Of a stretch of DNA of 64,000 nt, positions 23,146 to 35,500 are shown piece by piece; positions within the stretch are counted from its first letter, which is position 1, and every line of letters starts with the position of its first letter. Both the position numbers and the translations under genes were made by a program. A model generated the notes under the pieces. That model saw nothing but the letters and a program-made list of their open reading frames with translations. It ran no database searches and had not been told where the DNA came from. This DNA is from Mobula hypostoma (taxonomy: Eukaryota): NCBI RefSeq assembly GCF_963921235.1, contig NC_086115.1, positions 12,896,001 to 12,960,000 of the forward strand, read 5' to 3'.

Positions 23146-25697
23146 ATTTTATGGATTTTTCCTTCACATTTTTTGAACTTAAGCTGGGAAAGCACCTACT
23201 CCAACAGTCTTGTTGATTGTCATTTGAATATGGCATTTGGCTGTTTGTCAATCTGGGGTGATGCTGAGATTAGTTTGCTGTTGACTGAAGTTCAAACTGC
23301 TCATGCCACAATTGATGAGTAATTCAAAAACTCCCATCCAGTGGGTGCTATCTGCCTCTCTGTCCTTAATGACTTCACTTCTATTCTCAGCTCTTAGGGG
23401 GTGGCCCCTTGGGTGTTTAAAGCCTTGACAATGTTAAAGGATTTATGTATGTCATGGGTATCAATGAGATGCTGGGCCTTTTGTGTCCTGTCATGTTCCT
23501 TAGATGTTAATTTTTCTTTTGTCTTCTATCTTTGACTGCTTGAGAACCAGTATTTTACTCTTTTTGCCACATTTTGCTCTCCAAGGAGCATCCCGCTATA
23601 TAGGACAGATAGGAAATGATTAATAGTCACAGTCCTAGAGATACAGAGCAAAAATAACTAAAGGGGAAGTCAACAATCGTGGATGAGTTTATAATAAAAC
23701 ATGTAAACATGCTGTAATATGTCAAATCTGATAATAATATCTTCCTTGGTTGCTGGTCATTTTGAAAGTGTAAATTGCCCCTAGGCCACATTGCATATTA
23801 GAGTTAGTAGACACAACACAGAACAGTACAGGCCCTTCGGCCTACAATGTTGTGCCAACCTTTTAACCTACTCCAGGAGATTCTAACCCCTCCATCCCAT
23901 ATAGCCCTCTATTTTTCTTTCGTCTATGTGCTTTAAATCTCTTAAATGTCCCTAATATACCTTGCCCACTATTCCCATTGCTTTATTTCAAGTGGTGTGA
24001 ACTTTATTGCAGCAAGCCACAGGTTCCACGAGCATTTTGGGGAGTTATTCTATAATATTCCTCTTGAAGCAGTAGAACTCTATAGTAATTTCAAATTAAA
24101 TTATGAAGCAAGACGATGTTTTCTTTGCTCTATTTAGTGACAACAACCTTAAAGCAACCATTTTTCCACAAATCCTGCACTAATCCATTTTATTCTCTCA
24201 TTCCCATCAACTACCACCTTCTCAGATTCTACCACTAACCCACATGCCAGTGCCAATCAACCTGCTAACTCATACGTGTGTGGGATGATGGAGGATTCCG
24301 AAGCACACAGTTTCGGAGAGTTGACTGGAGCTGTGAGGGAGAGGCTGTACCAGCTGCTCACTGTCCCATCCGTTGAATTCATGTCTTCTCCTCTATAAAT
24401 ATAACATCCCAATGAAATTGGGAATCCTCGCCCAATACTGCACAGACTGGAGGAGGGGTGTTTGGGATAACTCTGGGAACTTTGTTCATTTTGGTAAAAG
24501 CAAATGCAAACAATGGGAAGAGAGCACCTCCTACTAAAACACCTGGCTGAGGTCAAGCCCATGAAGTGAGTGGGAGGAACAGGAATAAAGGTAAGACAAT
24601 GAAAAGGATAAAATGGAACCAATAAAGGAGTTAGGAAAATAGGGCATGTAGGACAACGAATGAATTGGAAAAAGAGGACACAAGGAAAAAAATTAAGGTG
24701 AAGTTATTACATCTTAACAAAAGCACTCAGCACCTGTGTGCTGGCTATTTAAAATGTCCCATGTTTCATTGTGCAAGTTAGTGAGGGAAAAAAATAGAAT
24801 AAACAAAACGAAATTTTAAATTGTATGATATGCTGATGTAACTAGAAATAGGATGAGAAAGATTGAGTTTTAAATTGAAGAAAATTAAGAAATAAGAAAA
24901 TGGTCAATGACTAAAAGAAAAGTAAGGAAAATTTATAAGAGAAGGGGCTCAATAGAGTGAATCAGGTTGGAAAATGAAGTGGAAAAGTATGGTAGAAATT
25001 GAGAGGTGTGTGAGGAATATGATCAAAAAAGAGGAAAATGAAGACAATTTACAATGCGAAAGGGCAAATGGGGAATAACTGGAGAGGAAATGGTCACAAT
25101 AAGTCAAATTGACGATAAAAAAAAGTTGTGCAATGATTGTGGGTGGCAAAATTATGTGAAAGGGATCCTGTAGAAATCAAATTGTGAAAAGGGTCAAATA
25201 GGAAAATGAAATGTTTAGATCAGTTAAATATTGTTTTTTAAAAAAGCAGAAATGCAATGAGAGTTACACAAGAAAATGATAAAGAAGCAAAAATATTAAG
25301 ATATTAAGTGGGGTTATCAAGGTACAATGAAAAATATGTTTTGCATATCACCGTCACAACAGTGAGGAAGTTCAAGGTAAAAGTAGCAAAATATGGAATA
25401 AAGTTACAGGAAAAAGTGCAGTACAGGCAGACAATAAGGTACAGGGCAGGGCAAGACAATAACAAGGTAGATTGTGAGATCAAAAGTCTATCTTTTCATT
25501 CTAAGGAATCATTCAATCTTATCATTCGATGGCTGTATAACAACGGGTTGGAAGCCATCCTTGAGTCATGTTCATAATTTAATAAAGTACAACTTATGTA
25601 CATCAAGATTAACAGCAGTAGTTAGAATTAAGTTGATGAAACTCAAGTCGTAATTATATAATTACATGTGAAAGTGATTAAAAATGTAAAGGAGAAA

Positions 25698-25849
25698 TCT
25701 TTTATTTTTTCCAGTCCTGTCCTGCTGAAGGGTCTCAGCCCAAAATGCCGACTGTACCCTTTTCTATAGATGCTGCCTAGCCTGCTGAATTCCTCCAGCA
25801 TTTTGTGTGTGTTGCTGGGATTTCCAGCATCTATAGATTTTATCTTGTT
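25698..25849 (+). mobile_element. Solo Penelope terminal unit (decayed hammerhead) with 13-bp TSD
   Basis: TGTAAAGGAGAAA at 25685-25697 and 25850-25862. Confidence 0.8.
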
Positions 25850-26339
25850 TGTAAAGGAGAAAGAACCAGTTTTGCAACCTGCTGCATGTACAACAGGTAC
25901 TGTACAAACTTGACTGCGGTGATCATAATGCTCTTTACAGCCTTGTAAATACTTTCAAGAGTTGTCTTCGGGGTATAAGGGAACATGTAAACCCGCCACC
26001 TTGAGAGCATTCTGCAAGTAGTTTTGAATAATTTTCAGAAAGCAAATGAACTAACATTTCAATGGAAAGAAATCCATTGAATGAGAGGACTTTAGATATG
26101 GGGAGAGATTGTATAGGCTGCATTAGCTTAGCCTGTAATGAAGGATGTTTTGCACTGAAAGGTGTACATATTTTTTTCCAAGATTGACATGAATCTGCAA
26201 GCACTCTTAACACTTGATGTAAAACACAAAGGGTTTAATTTATATAATAGTTAAAGCTTGGAGTGTAATTTAACGATACATGTGTTGTGAAGCGCACAAA
26301 ATGGGAAGAGGAATGTAAACTTCAACAGCAAAGGTTCTG

Positions 26340-26495
26340 GGTCAGACTCGGATCGATGGTTAGTGGTCGCCCACAGCATCCGCGAGGATAGGAATCGCGT
26401 CCCGGTGCAGCCACCGTACGAACAACAGCCTCTGGCCGAGCCTCTTTTGTGCATCAGCCAATCAGGACGTGGCATCAGTGCTCCGCGAAGCTGCG
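26340..26495 (+). promoter_or_regulatory. EXOSC1 CpG-rich promoter and 5' UTR
   Basis: CpG cluster; CCAAT box (agCCAATcag) near 26459-26463, just upstream of the ATG. Confidence 0.65.
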
Positions 26496-26523
26496 ATGGC
26501 GCCGGTGAAGCTTTGTATCCCAG
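26496..26523 (+). CDS. EXOSC1: EXOSC1 exon 1 (coding part)
   Basis: MAPVKLCIP-G|gtaatt. Confidence 0.93.
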
Positions 26524-29500
26524 GTAATTGCGGCCCTGGAGGCGTCGGAGGATCTGGGCGGGTGGATGGCCTCAGTAGCTGGGCTTTGGGGTGGGAGAAT
26601 GTGGGGGATGTTATCGGAAGGGGGGGAGGGTGTATGGGAGATGTTACATGTGTATGTGTGGGGATGTGGCGTGGTTGGAGGGGGGGAAGGAGTGATCGGG
26701 GGAGAGAATGATCAAGGGAGGAGTGGGATAGGTGTGAGTGAGATCTAGTGCTGAGGATAGTTAAGGTGTTTTTGGATTCTTGTTGTTAGAAGAGATGCAG
26801 CATGATTGCATGCTTTCGGGCAGGTGGGGCTCGTCAGCCAGAGTTGGCAGCTTTTCTAGAGGGAAAAATGATTTCAAACCTCTGCTGCTTTGCGGCTATG
26901 GGGAAAGTTTCGAGAGCAAACGCCAAGGGAAAATCCAGAGCTAGAGTCACTAAGGTTGGGTCCAACATTGACTGGCAACTCCTGTGACGCCGCTGGTGCC
27001 AAACCGTATCGGATTCTGCGGTTCCTTTGGATTCATTAGCTTCGTGGAGAGGGGAAGCTTGCTGCATGGGTAACGGCTTGCATCCCATAGCGTGCTGCCC
27101 TGGTTTGCATATCGACTGACGGCGACAATGTAGACAGCTAGGACGTAACATCCATGGTGGACCCCGACCAACGGAGGCTTTCAATTAATGTATTAACGTG
27201 TGTAATCTCGTGTTGCATGCTTACAGGAGAGAGACTGTGCAGTATAGAAGACAGCACTCCTGGGGAAGGCACCTATTCCAGACACGGATACATTTTTGCG
27301 TCTTTAGCTGGATATGTGATGAAGAGAAATGATAATGGAATGGTGGGTAAGGCAAGTTATCATCGATGCTGGCTCCGTTTGAGTACTCACTATGTACAGT
27401 TTGTTCCTTGCTCATCCCTGCATTTTAGCTGCAGCACCAGAGGGAAGGTCCTGTGGCAGGTGAATCCCAGGGAAAGGCATATTGTTCACCAGTGCTAGAT
27501 TAAGAGGCTTTGCTACACTTATTTCTAACCAAATCAGTAATTGGTTTTGTTGTTGTCCCATGTACAGAGATACAGTGAAAAACTTTGGTTTACTTATCTT
27601 CCAGAGATCTCATTCCAAACATAATTATATTAGGGTAGCTCAAAAGGAAGGTAATACAAAATGCAGAATCTTTAAGAACTTAATTCAATTCCCCACTTGA
27701 CACTCTTGATTCTGTCAGAAGGATATGGGCTAAAACTCTTCTCAAGAGATTTGGTTGCATAATTAAGGTTTACTAGTTTTGAATGTGTTTATCAGATCAG
27801 AAACTAAATTGGGACTTTGACTGCCCTCTCATGGAGATGGGGAATATTCCTCTTGAGTTATTTTCAAGAACAGTGCAAGAGCTTTTCTCTGGCCAATATT
27901 TCTTCCTTTTTCCATCTCCTCATCTTTACGGCAGGATCATCGTCACTGAGAAGCACATTATTTGAACACAGCATATGTTGTCTGTGTCAAATAATAACTC
28001 CACTTTAAAGTTCCTTGATTGTAAAGCACTTTAGATTATCTGGAGGCCATGAGAGTGTAACATAAACACCAGTTCTTTGGTTTGATGCGGAGGAATAAAA
28101 GATAGAAATGTCCATTTTGTGTAGGGTACGAATGAGTGAAGAAATCCTACCCCAGACCTCCTGAGTTTAAAAGTTTCCCCTGGAGTTAATACAGTGCGAG
28201 TCAGTTGTACAGAAAGTTTCCAGTTAGCATGATTAATTTTTTTTGCATTTGTTAGGGTGACACGGTAGCTCTTACAGCTCCAGCAATCACCTGCTAAGGA
28301 CTAATTCCCGCAGCTGTCTGCAAGGTGTTTGTACATTCTCCCTGTGACCATGTGGGTTTCCTCTTCGTGCTCCAGTTTTCTCCCATGTTCCAAAGGTGAA
28401 TGGATTAGGGATAGTGGGTTATGGCCCTGCTGTATTGGCGCTGGAAGCATGGCAACACTTGTGGGCTGCCCCCAGCACATCCTCGAATTGTGTTGGCAGT
28501 TGAAGTAAAACAATGCATTTCACAATGTTTCAATATACATGCAACAAATAAGGATAATCTTTTTAAAAGTCTCTCCTCGTTCCACTAACTATGGGGCATA
28601 ACCCAGAGCACTAGCAGGATTGGTGATCTGGAAAAATTGCAAAATCTGATTTCAGTAATGGTGATCATAAAGCTACCAGATAGACATAAAATGCCTCCGA
28701 TTCCCTCATGCCACCCAGGAAAGGAAATCTGCTGTTCCTATCCATCATGTCTTCCATGCTTCTTCTGACCCAACTTGAGCTGGACAATAAATGTAGCCTG
28801 ATCATTGATGCCTATGTCCTGTGAACAAATAAGTATTCAAAATAGATCGTCCTCGACTTCACATGAGAGCACAGTGTGATTGTTCGCTGGGCAACATTCA
28901 CAGCTGATGTTGCTGACTGTTGCTGCTTCCTTCATCAATGCTGCTGCTTGGCTGAGACTGAGCAGAGAGAGGCAGGTTTCATGATAAGTTGGTTGCAATT
29001 AGTAGGAAGTCGGGAGAAACTTCTTTATCTGCAGTTTGGTCAGAGTGTTGAATTTGTAACAATGGAATAGTTGAAGTATTTAAAAATAAAAAAGGAAAAC
29101 TGAATAAATAAATGTGCCATAGTGTAATACTGCACAAAATAGGCCTTTCGGCGCAATTTGTACATACTGACTAAGCTATCCATTCTCCTGCGTTTGACCC
29201 ATATCCATCTGAAATCAGGGGTTCCCAATATTTTATTATGCCGTGGACTGTTATCGTTAACTGAGAGGTCCATGAACCCCGGGTTGGGAATTCCTGCTCT
29301 GAATCTTCCCTATCCGTGAGGGAGAAAGGATAAGATACACATATAGACACAGCCAGCTGGATACAGTCCTTTGTCATAATTACATACAATTCTGCACTAA
29401 TTCCAATTTGGTATTTGTAGGTGCCCGTTATATCAGTGGTTCGGGACTCAGAACCCCAGCTCCTACCGGAAGTTGGTGTTGTTGTAACGTGTAAGGTAAG

Positions 29501-32500
29501 GCTGTTTCAGATCTTCCCTTTGCAGCTTATGGCACTGCTATATTTTCCGATATTATTGTCTTTACGGAGGTTGTGACAGTATATGCACACCAACTGTGTT
29601 TGCTGTTAGAAAAGGCAGTAACCAAAGGAGGTCAACAGAGGGAGAGATGGGAATTTTGTTGGTATAAGAGACTGCTGGAATCTTGAGCAAAACATAGTCT
29701 GCTGGAAGAACTCTGCAGGTTGAGCAGCATCTGTGGGAGGCAAGGATGCTGGATTTTCAGCTGAAATGTTGACAGTTGCTTTCCTCATACCAATACTGCA
29801 TGACCCAGAGGGTTCTTCCAGCTGAGATTTTGTTGTGATTTGGTTGCAATGTTTAAAAGGGTGGTAGGTATAGATTAAGTACTAATCTCAAAAGGCAATT
29901 GGATTGGTACATGACAAGGTAAAATTTGGAGGGCTAAGGGAAAAACATTGAAAAGTGGTTGTTGGAAAGCCCTTTCAACGAGCAAGTTCAATGGTCCAAA
30001 AGCAAAATTCTGAACCTTGAAATGACTAGGTAAATGAACTACTGCTAAGTCAACTGGCTGTACAAGAGAAAGTCAGAATATTCATACCCAGCACCACCAT
30101 GTGGAGGCAACTAATCCCATTTCAACACAAAATACTCTGCAGATGCTGGGGTCAAAGCAACACTCACAACACGCTGGAGGAACTCAGCAGGTCAGGCAGC
30201 ATCCGTGGAAATGATGAGTCGACGTTTTGGGCCGGAATCCTTCATCAGGACTGAAGAGGGAAGGGGCAGAGGCCCTATAAAGAAGGTGGGGGGAGGGTGG
30301 GAAGGAGAAGGCTGGTGGGTTCCAGGTGAAAAACCAGTAAAGGGAAAGATAAAGGGGTGGGGGAGGGGAAGCAGGGAGGTGATAGGCAGGAAAGGTGAAG
30401 AAGGAATAGGGGAAAACACAATGGGTAGTAGAAGGAGGTGGAACCATGAGGGAGGTGATAGGCAGCTGGGGGAGGGGGCAGAGTGACATAGGGATAGAGG
30501 AAGGGAGGGGGAGGGAATTACCGGAAGTTGGAGAATTCAGTGTTCATACCAAGGGGCTGGAGACTACCTAGACAGTATATGAGGTGTTGCTCCTCCAACC
30601 TGAGATTAGCCTCATCATGGCGGTAGAGGAGGCCATGTATGGACATATCCGAATGGGAATGGGAAGCAGAGTTGAAGTGGGTGGCAACCGGGAGATCCTG
30701 TCTGTTGTGGTGGACGGAGCGGAGGTGCTCGGCGAAGCGGACCCCAATCTGCGTCGGGTTTCACCGATGTAGAGGAGGCCGCACCGGGAGCACCGGATGC
30801 AATAGATGACCCCAACAGACTCACAAGTGAAGTGTTACCTCACCTGGAAGGACTGTTTGGGGCCATGAATGGTGGCAAGAGAGGAGGTGTAGGGACATGT
30901 GTAGCACTTACGCTTACAGGGATAAGTGCCGGGTGGGAGATCCGTGGGGAAGGACCAATCCCTGCAGAAAGCGGAGAGGGGTGGAGAGGGAAAGATGTGC
31001 TTAGTGGTGGGGTCCTGTTGCAACTGGCGGAAGTTGCGGAGGATAATGTGCTGGATCTGGAGGCTGGTGGGGTGGTAGGTGAGGACAAGGGGAACTCTGT
31101 CCCTGTTGTGGTGGCCCATTTCAAAATGCCCACTTTGAAGGTTTAAGTCACTCTGCTCAATCTCTCCATATTGGACAAGTTAGGAAGTACAGTGGATTCT
31201 AGTTAATTGGGCTGTCGGTCAAACAGGGCAGCCGCTTATTTGGGACAACTCTTTCTAAAAAAAAAACCCAAAAAACTAATTGAGAAAATAGCCAGATTCC
31301 CTTCGTTTATTTGGAACACTACGCCGCTTAATTGGGACAGGAGATTGTTGCTGAATGGTGTAGTGTCTCTAACAGCCCCACAAGTTCATTCGACTGAATG
31401 CTAGAATATGTTAGAGACATAGAAAACTTACAGCACAATACAGGCCCTTTGACGTTGATCATGTGGGTACTCAGAGGCTTTTTCCCAGGGCTCAAGTGGC
31501 TAGCACGAGAGGGCATAGTTTTAAGTTGCTTTGAAGTAGGTACAGAGCAGATGTTGGGGTAAGTCTTTTTTTATACAGAGAGTGGTGAGTGCATGGAATG
31601 GGCTGCCGGCAACAGTGGTGCAGGCAGATATGATAGGGTCTTTTAAGAGACTCCTGGATAGATACATGGAGCTCAGAAAAATAGAGGGCTATGAGTAACC
31701 CTAGGTAATTTCTAAGGTAAGGACATGTTTGACACAGCTTTGTGGGCCGAAGGGCCTGTATTGTGCTGTAGGTTTTCTATGTTTCTAACATATTCTAATT
31801 AGCATCAGTCGAATGAACTTGTGTGGCCGTTAGACACTACACTGTGCTTAGAGCAAACAGTTTTTAAAGCATCAGCGCCATGTATTTGTGTTCAAAAAGC
31901 AGTGAGCTTTTCTCTGGTAGTTGGTGAGAAATGAGCAATAAGACAATTCAGAACTGGTTTGCTCTCCATGATTTCAAGCATTAGGGATTAGTGATGCCAG
32001 AAAAAGCTGAGAGTGTAATTGAAATTATTTCACTCCTTCAACAAGTTAAGAACCACAGAAAATTTGAAGATATGAACAGTTACCTTGAATGTTACAATGA
32101 AAATGAAGATTTGAAGCATGCGATTGTTGAAAGCATTGTATGAAGATAGTCCATTATCTGCACTAGGATTTTGCACTGATTTTGTATATTTACAGTCAAT
32201 CAAAAGAACACAGCAGCGTACACTGAATGAATTCCTCCGTTGACAAGTATTAATACAGTTTTGTAATATTTATGTAATATTGGTATCATTCTAATTTGTT
32301 CTGTATTTCATTCAATTACACAATTCACTACTCAATTAAATAGTAGTCTGTCTTTTTTATACCTTTTTAACTATTTCCGTGAAACTTCACTTGATTGGGG
32401 CAGCTGCTTAATTGGGCCAAAATGTATTGGTCCTGATGTGTCCCAATTAACCAGAATCCACTCTATCCATTGCAAGTATACTGTCTTGAGGTGGGAGGAA

Positions 32501-35500
32501 CCAGGCTAGTTTACAATATTCCAGTACCCTTTTAATTTCTCAAATTCTCTTGCAATAAAGACTAACCTGCTGTTTGCTCCCTAATTACTTGCTGAACTTG
32601 TTAACATTCAAGAATTAATTTCTCCAAGTTGCACAGTGTCCTAACTTGGAGACAGATCACTGCATCTGTGTTGTCCCTGGGTCAGAATTTTATGAGTCAC
32701 GAATTGATCGTTTTGTGACCACCATCTACTGGAGTCCAGAGGATTGAACATTAAATTCTGGCATTGCCAATGGGTCTAATACCTCTTAGAAAATTACCTG
32801 TCATAAAATTAATTACCAGCCTATTATTTATGTGCTACTAACTGGACAGAGGCTGCCTCAGAACCACCTGTGTTATCTGCAATCTAGAACCTTAAACATG
32901 ATAGCTAGTTTTCCACACACTGGATATATCTCAGATATGAAATTTTATACCAAGGCAGCCCCGCTTTGGAAGTATTGAATTTTACCTGCCTCCCTCCCCC
33001 CCTCATACACTTTCTTTTCTCGCACCAATCTTTCTAGTTATCTGATCCTTCATATTTTACTAAATTGCGGGAGTACGCTATGAGAGCTATGTCTGTGTTT
33101 TAACTCATTCCAGTGTATTCTTGTGCCTCTTTGTACAATTATAACAATGTAAACCATTGTACCTTTCTGCCTAATGTGTTTCTCTCACCCCCTTTTAAAC
33201 ATTACTGTTTCTTTTGCCTCTTTATTCGCTGTGGTAGTAAGATCCACCTTATGGCTGCTCTTCAGGTGACTAAACTTATCCTGAGTTACTTAATTGGTGA
33301 TTATTGCATATATTTCTTCTTCACAAATAGACAACAGTGGTTCATTCATCAAATCCTTGTGCCATTTTAAAAACATTCAAAGGGTCAAGAGAAAGAAGAC
33401 CTGTTGATCTTTACTGATTGGGCATAACTTTGCAGCCCTGATGGCGTCCATTTGAATTGTTCTTTCCATTCTCTCCAATGCTTGAAAATATGACCAAACG
33501 AATTTCACTGTTCAACATATTTTCTGCACTTATGAACACAAGAGATTGTGCAGATACTAGAAATCTTGTGAGCAAAATACGCAAAGTGCGAGAAGAACTC
33601 AGCAGGTCAGGCAGCATCTATGCAGCAGAATGAACAGTTATTTATTTCAGGCTGAGATACCCTGAAGAAGGATATTTCTAAAATGGCACAAGGATTTGAT
33701 GGATGAAGACCAAAATATCGTCTGTTCATTTTCCTCCATAGATGCTGCCTCTTTATTTTTCAACATTCATTACTGGAACGTTGAAGAAATAGACCACCTC
33801 AGAGGTCTCTGAAAACAAGGAAGCATCTCTGGCTGGTCTAGTGTCAACATGATAAGATGGGGTGCTCCTACTTGTACATGAGACCTGTGACTGTGCTCTG
33901 AGGCCAACTCACAGGCTTGCTTTGTGCCCTTCACGGTTGAAATTCTTTAAATTGGGTGGACACATCCCTCTGAAAAGTATAAACCTTAGTATTTCATGCA
34001 TTGCTGTTATAATCAATAAACCACTGTAAGACTTAGCCAAGCGTTCCTATTATAAATACTAATGTTTTTTTTTGCTTTTGTTGTCAGGTAACCAGTATTA
34101 ACCCACGATTTGCTAAAGTTCACATTTTATACGTACGATCTACTCCGTTGAAAGGGGCTTTTAAAGGAACCATCAGGTAATGTTAAAGAGTCATTTGACT
34201 CTGTTGTATTAAACAAGAGGTTCTGAAGATGCTGGAAATCTTGAGCAACACACACATAAAGGTACTCAACAAGTGGAGGGAAGGGTCTCAGCTGAAATTA
34301 AGTTTATGCTGCCTGACTTACTGAGTTCTTCTAGAATTGTGTGTGTGTGGCTGTGTTGTATACCTACTCTAGTAGGGTTGAAATCATTTGTCTATAAATT
34401 TGCTTTACAGTTCCTCTTAGACTATTCACATATCTGATTCCACGCTTTGTACACTAAGCCTGCTGATTGTCCGCGTTTCTCCTTTTGATCTCTTTCATAT
34501 TCTAGTTGAAGTAAGCTGCTCAGTTCCCAGAGACACCGCACTTGTAATTCAGTAGCAAACGCACAGCTCTCCACGCTCCCCAGCATTCATTCAACTCCAT
34601 AAGGCCTGTGTTTGGTCTGAAAGACAATTCTAGTCCTGGGAAGATGTAGATATATAATTGCAGAGTTGTGCACTGTTTTGCATGTATTCCAGCACCCACT
34701 TGTTTCCGGTAGTCTGTGACCTCTTCCTATTTCTTCACACTGTGTCGTGAAGAAATTAAACAATGGTGCCATGAGAATTACTCTCGGTTGGGGAAGGAAG
34801 TCGGTCTAGTTTTATCCAGGCGCACTTGCTCCAGGTCACTGGCTTTCCCCACTGGTAGGCATCAGATAAAATCGTGTAAGATTATGAAGATCAAAGACAA
34901 TAGTTGATGGCATCTGGAACACAAAAAGAACTCAGCAGGTCAGTCAGCATCTATAGATACAAAAGGTGTGAGTCAATGTTTCAGGTCAGGACCCCATACC
35001 AGGATCATGATCTGACACAGGGTCTTGACTTAAAAAGTCAGCTTATACCTTTTGCATCAGAGACTGGTATTGGTTTATTATGACCGCATATACCAAGATA
35101 CAGTGGCACTGCAGTAGCGTAGCTGTTAGCATGACACTGTTACAGCTCAGGGTGTTGCAGTTCAGAGTTCAGTTCTGGTGTCCTCTGTAAGACATTTGTA
35201 CATCCCTCCTGCAAGCATTGGGGTTTCCTCCGGGTGCTCTGGTTTCCTCCCAACTGTCCAAAGGTGTACCAGTTAGTAGGTTAATTGGTCATTGTAAATT
35301 ATCCTATGACTGTTTTAGGGTTAAATAGGTGGGATGCTAACAGTGCAGCTCGTTGGGCCAGAGGGCCCTGTTCTAAAGAGCTTGTCTTGCATACTGCTCA
35401 CAAAGATAAAAACATGACACAGTGCATAGAGCTAAAATAAGATAAAATAATAAGACCATAAGACGAAGGAGCAGAAGTAGGCCATTTTATCATGAGCTGA

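Noticed and set aside
24580-25300. Strongly purine-skewed (A/G-rich) tract
   Set aside because: Low complexity with no periodicity or coding signal that I could support.
27154-27498. 114-aa single-exon ORF
   Set aside because: Only 27227-27342 is EXOSC1 exon 2; the rest is intronic read-through.
34500-34760. Minus-strand open stretch (EVTDYRKQ...) as a nested gene
   Set aside because: It is short, stop-interrupted and resembles no protein I recognise.
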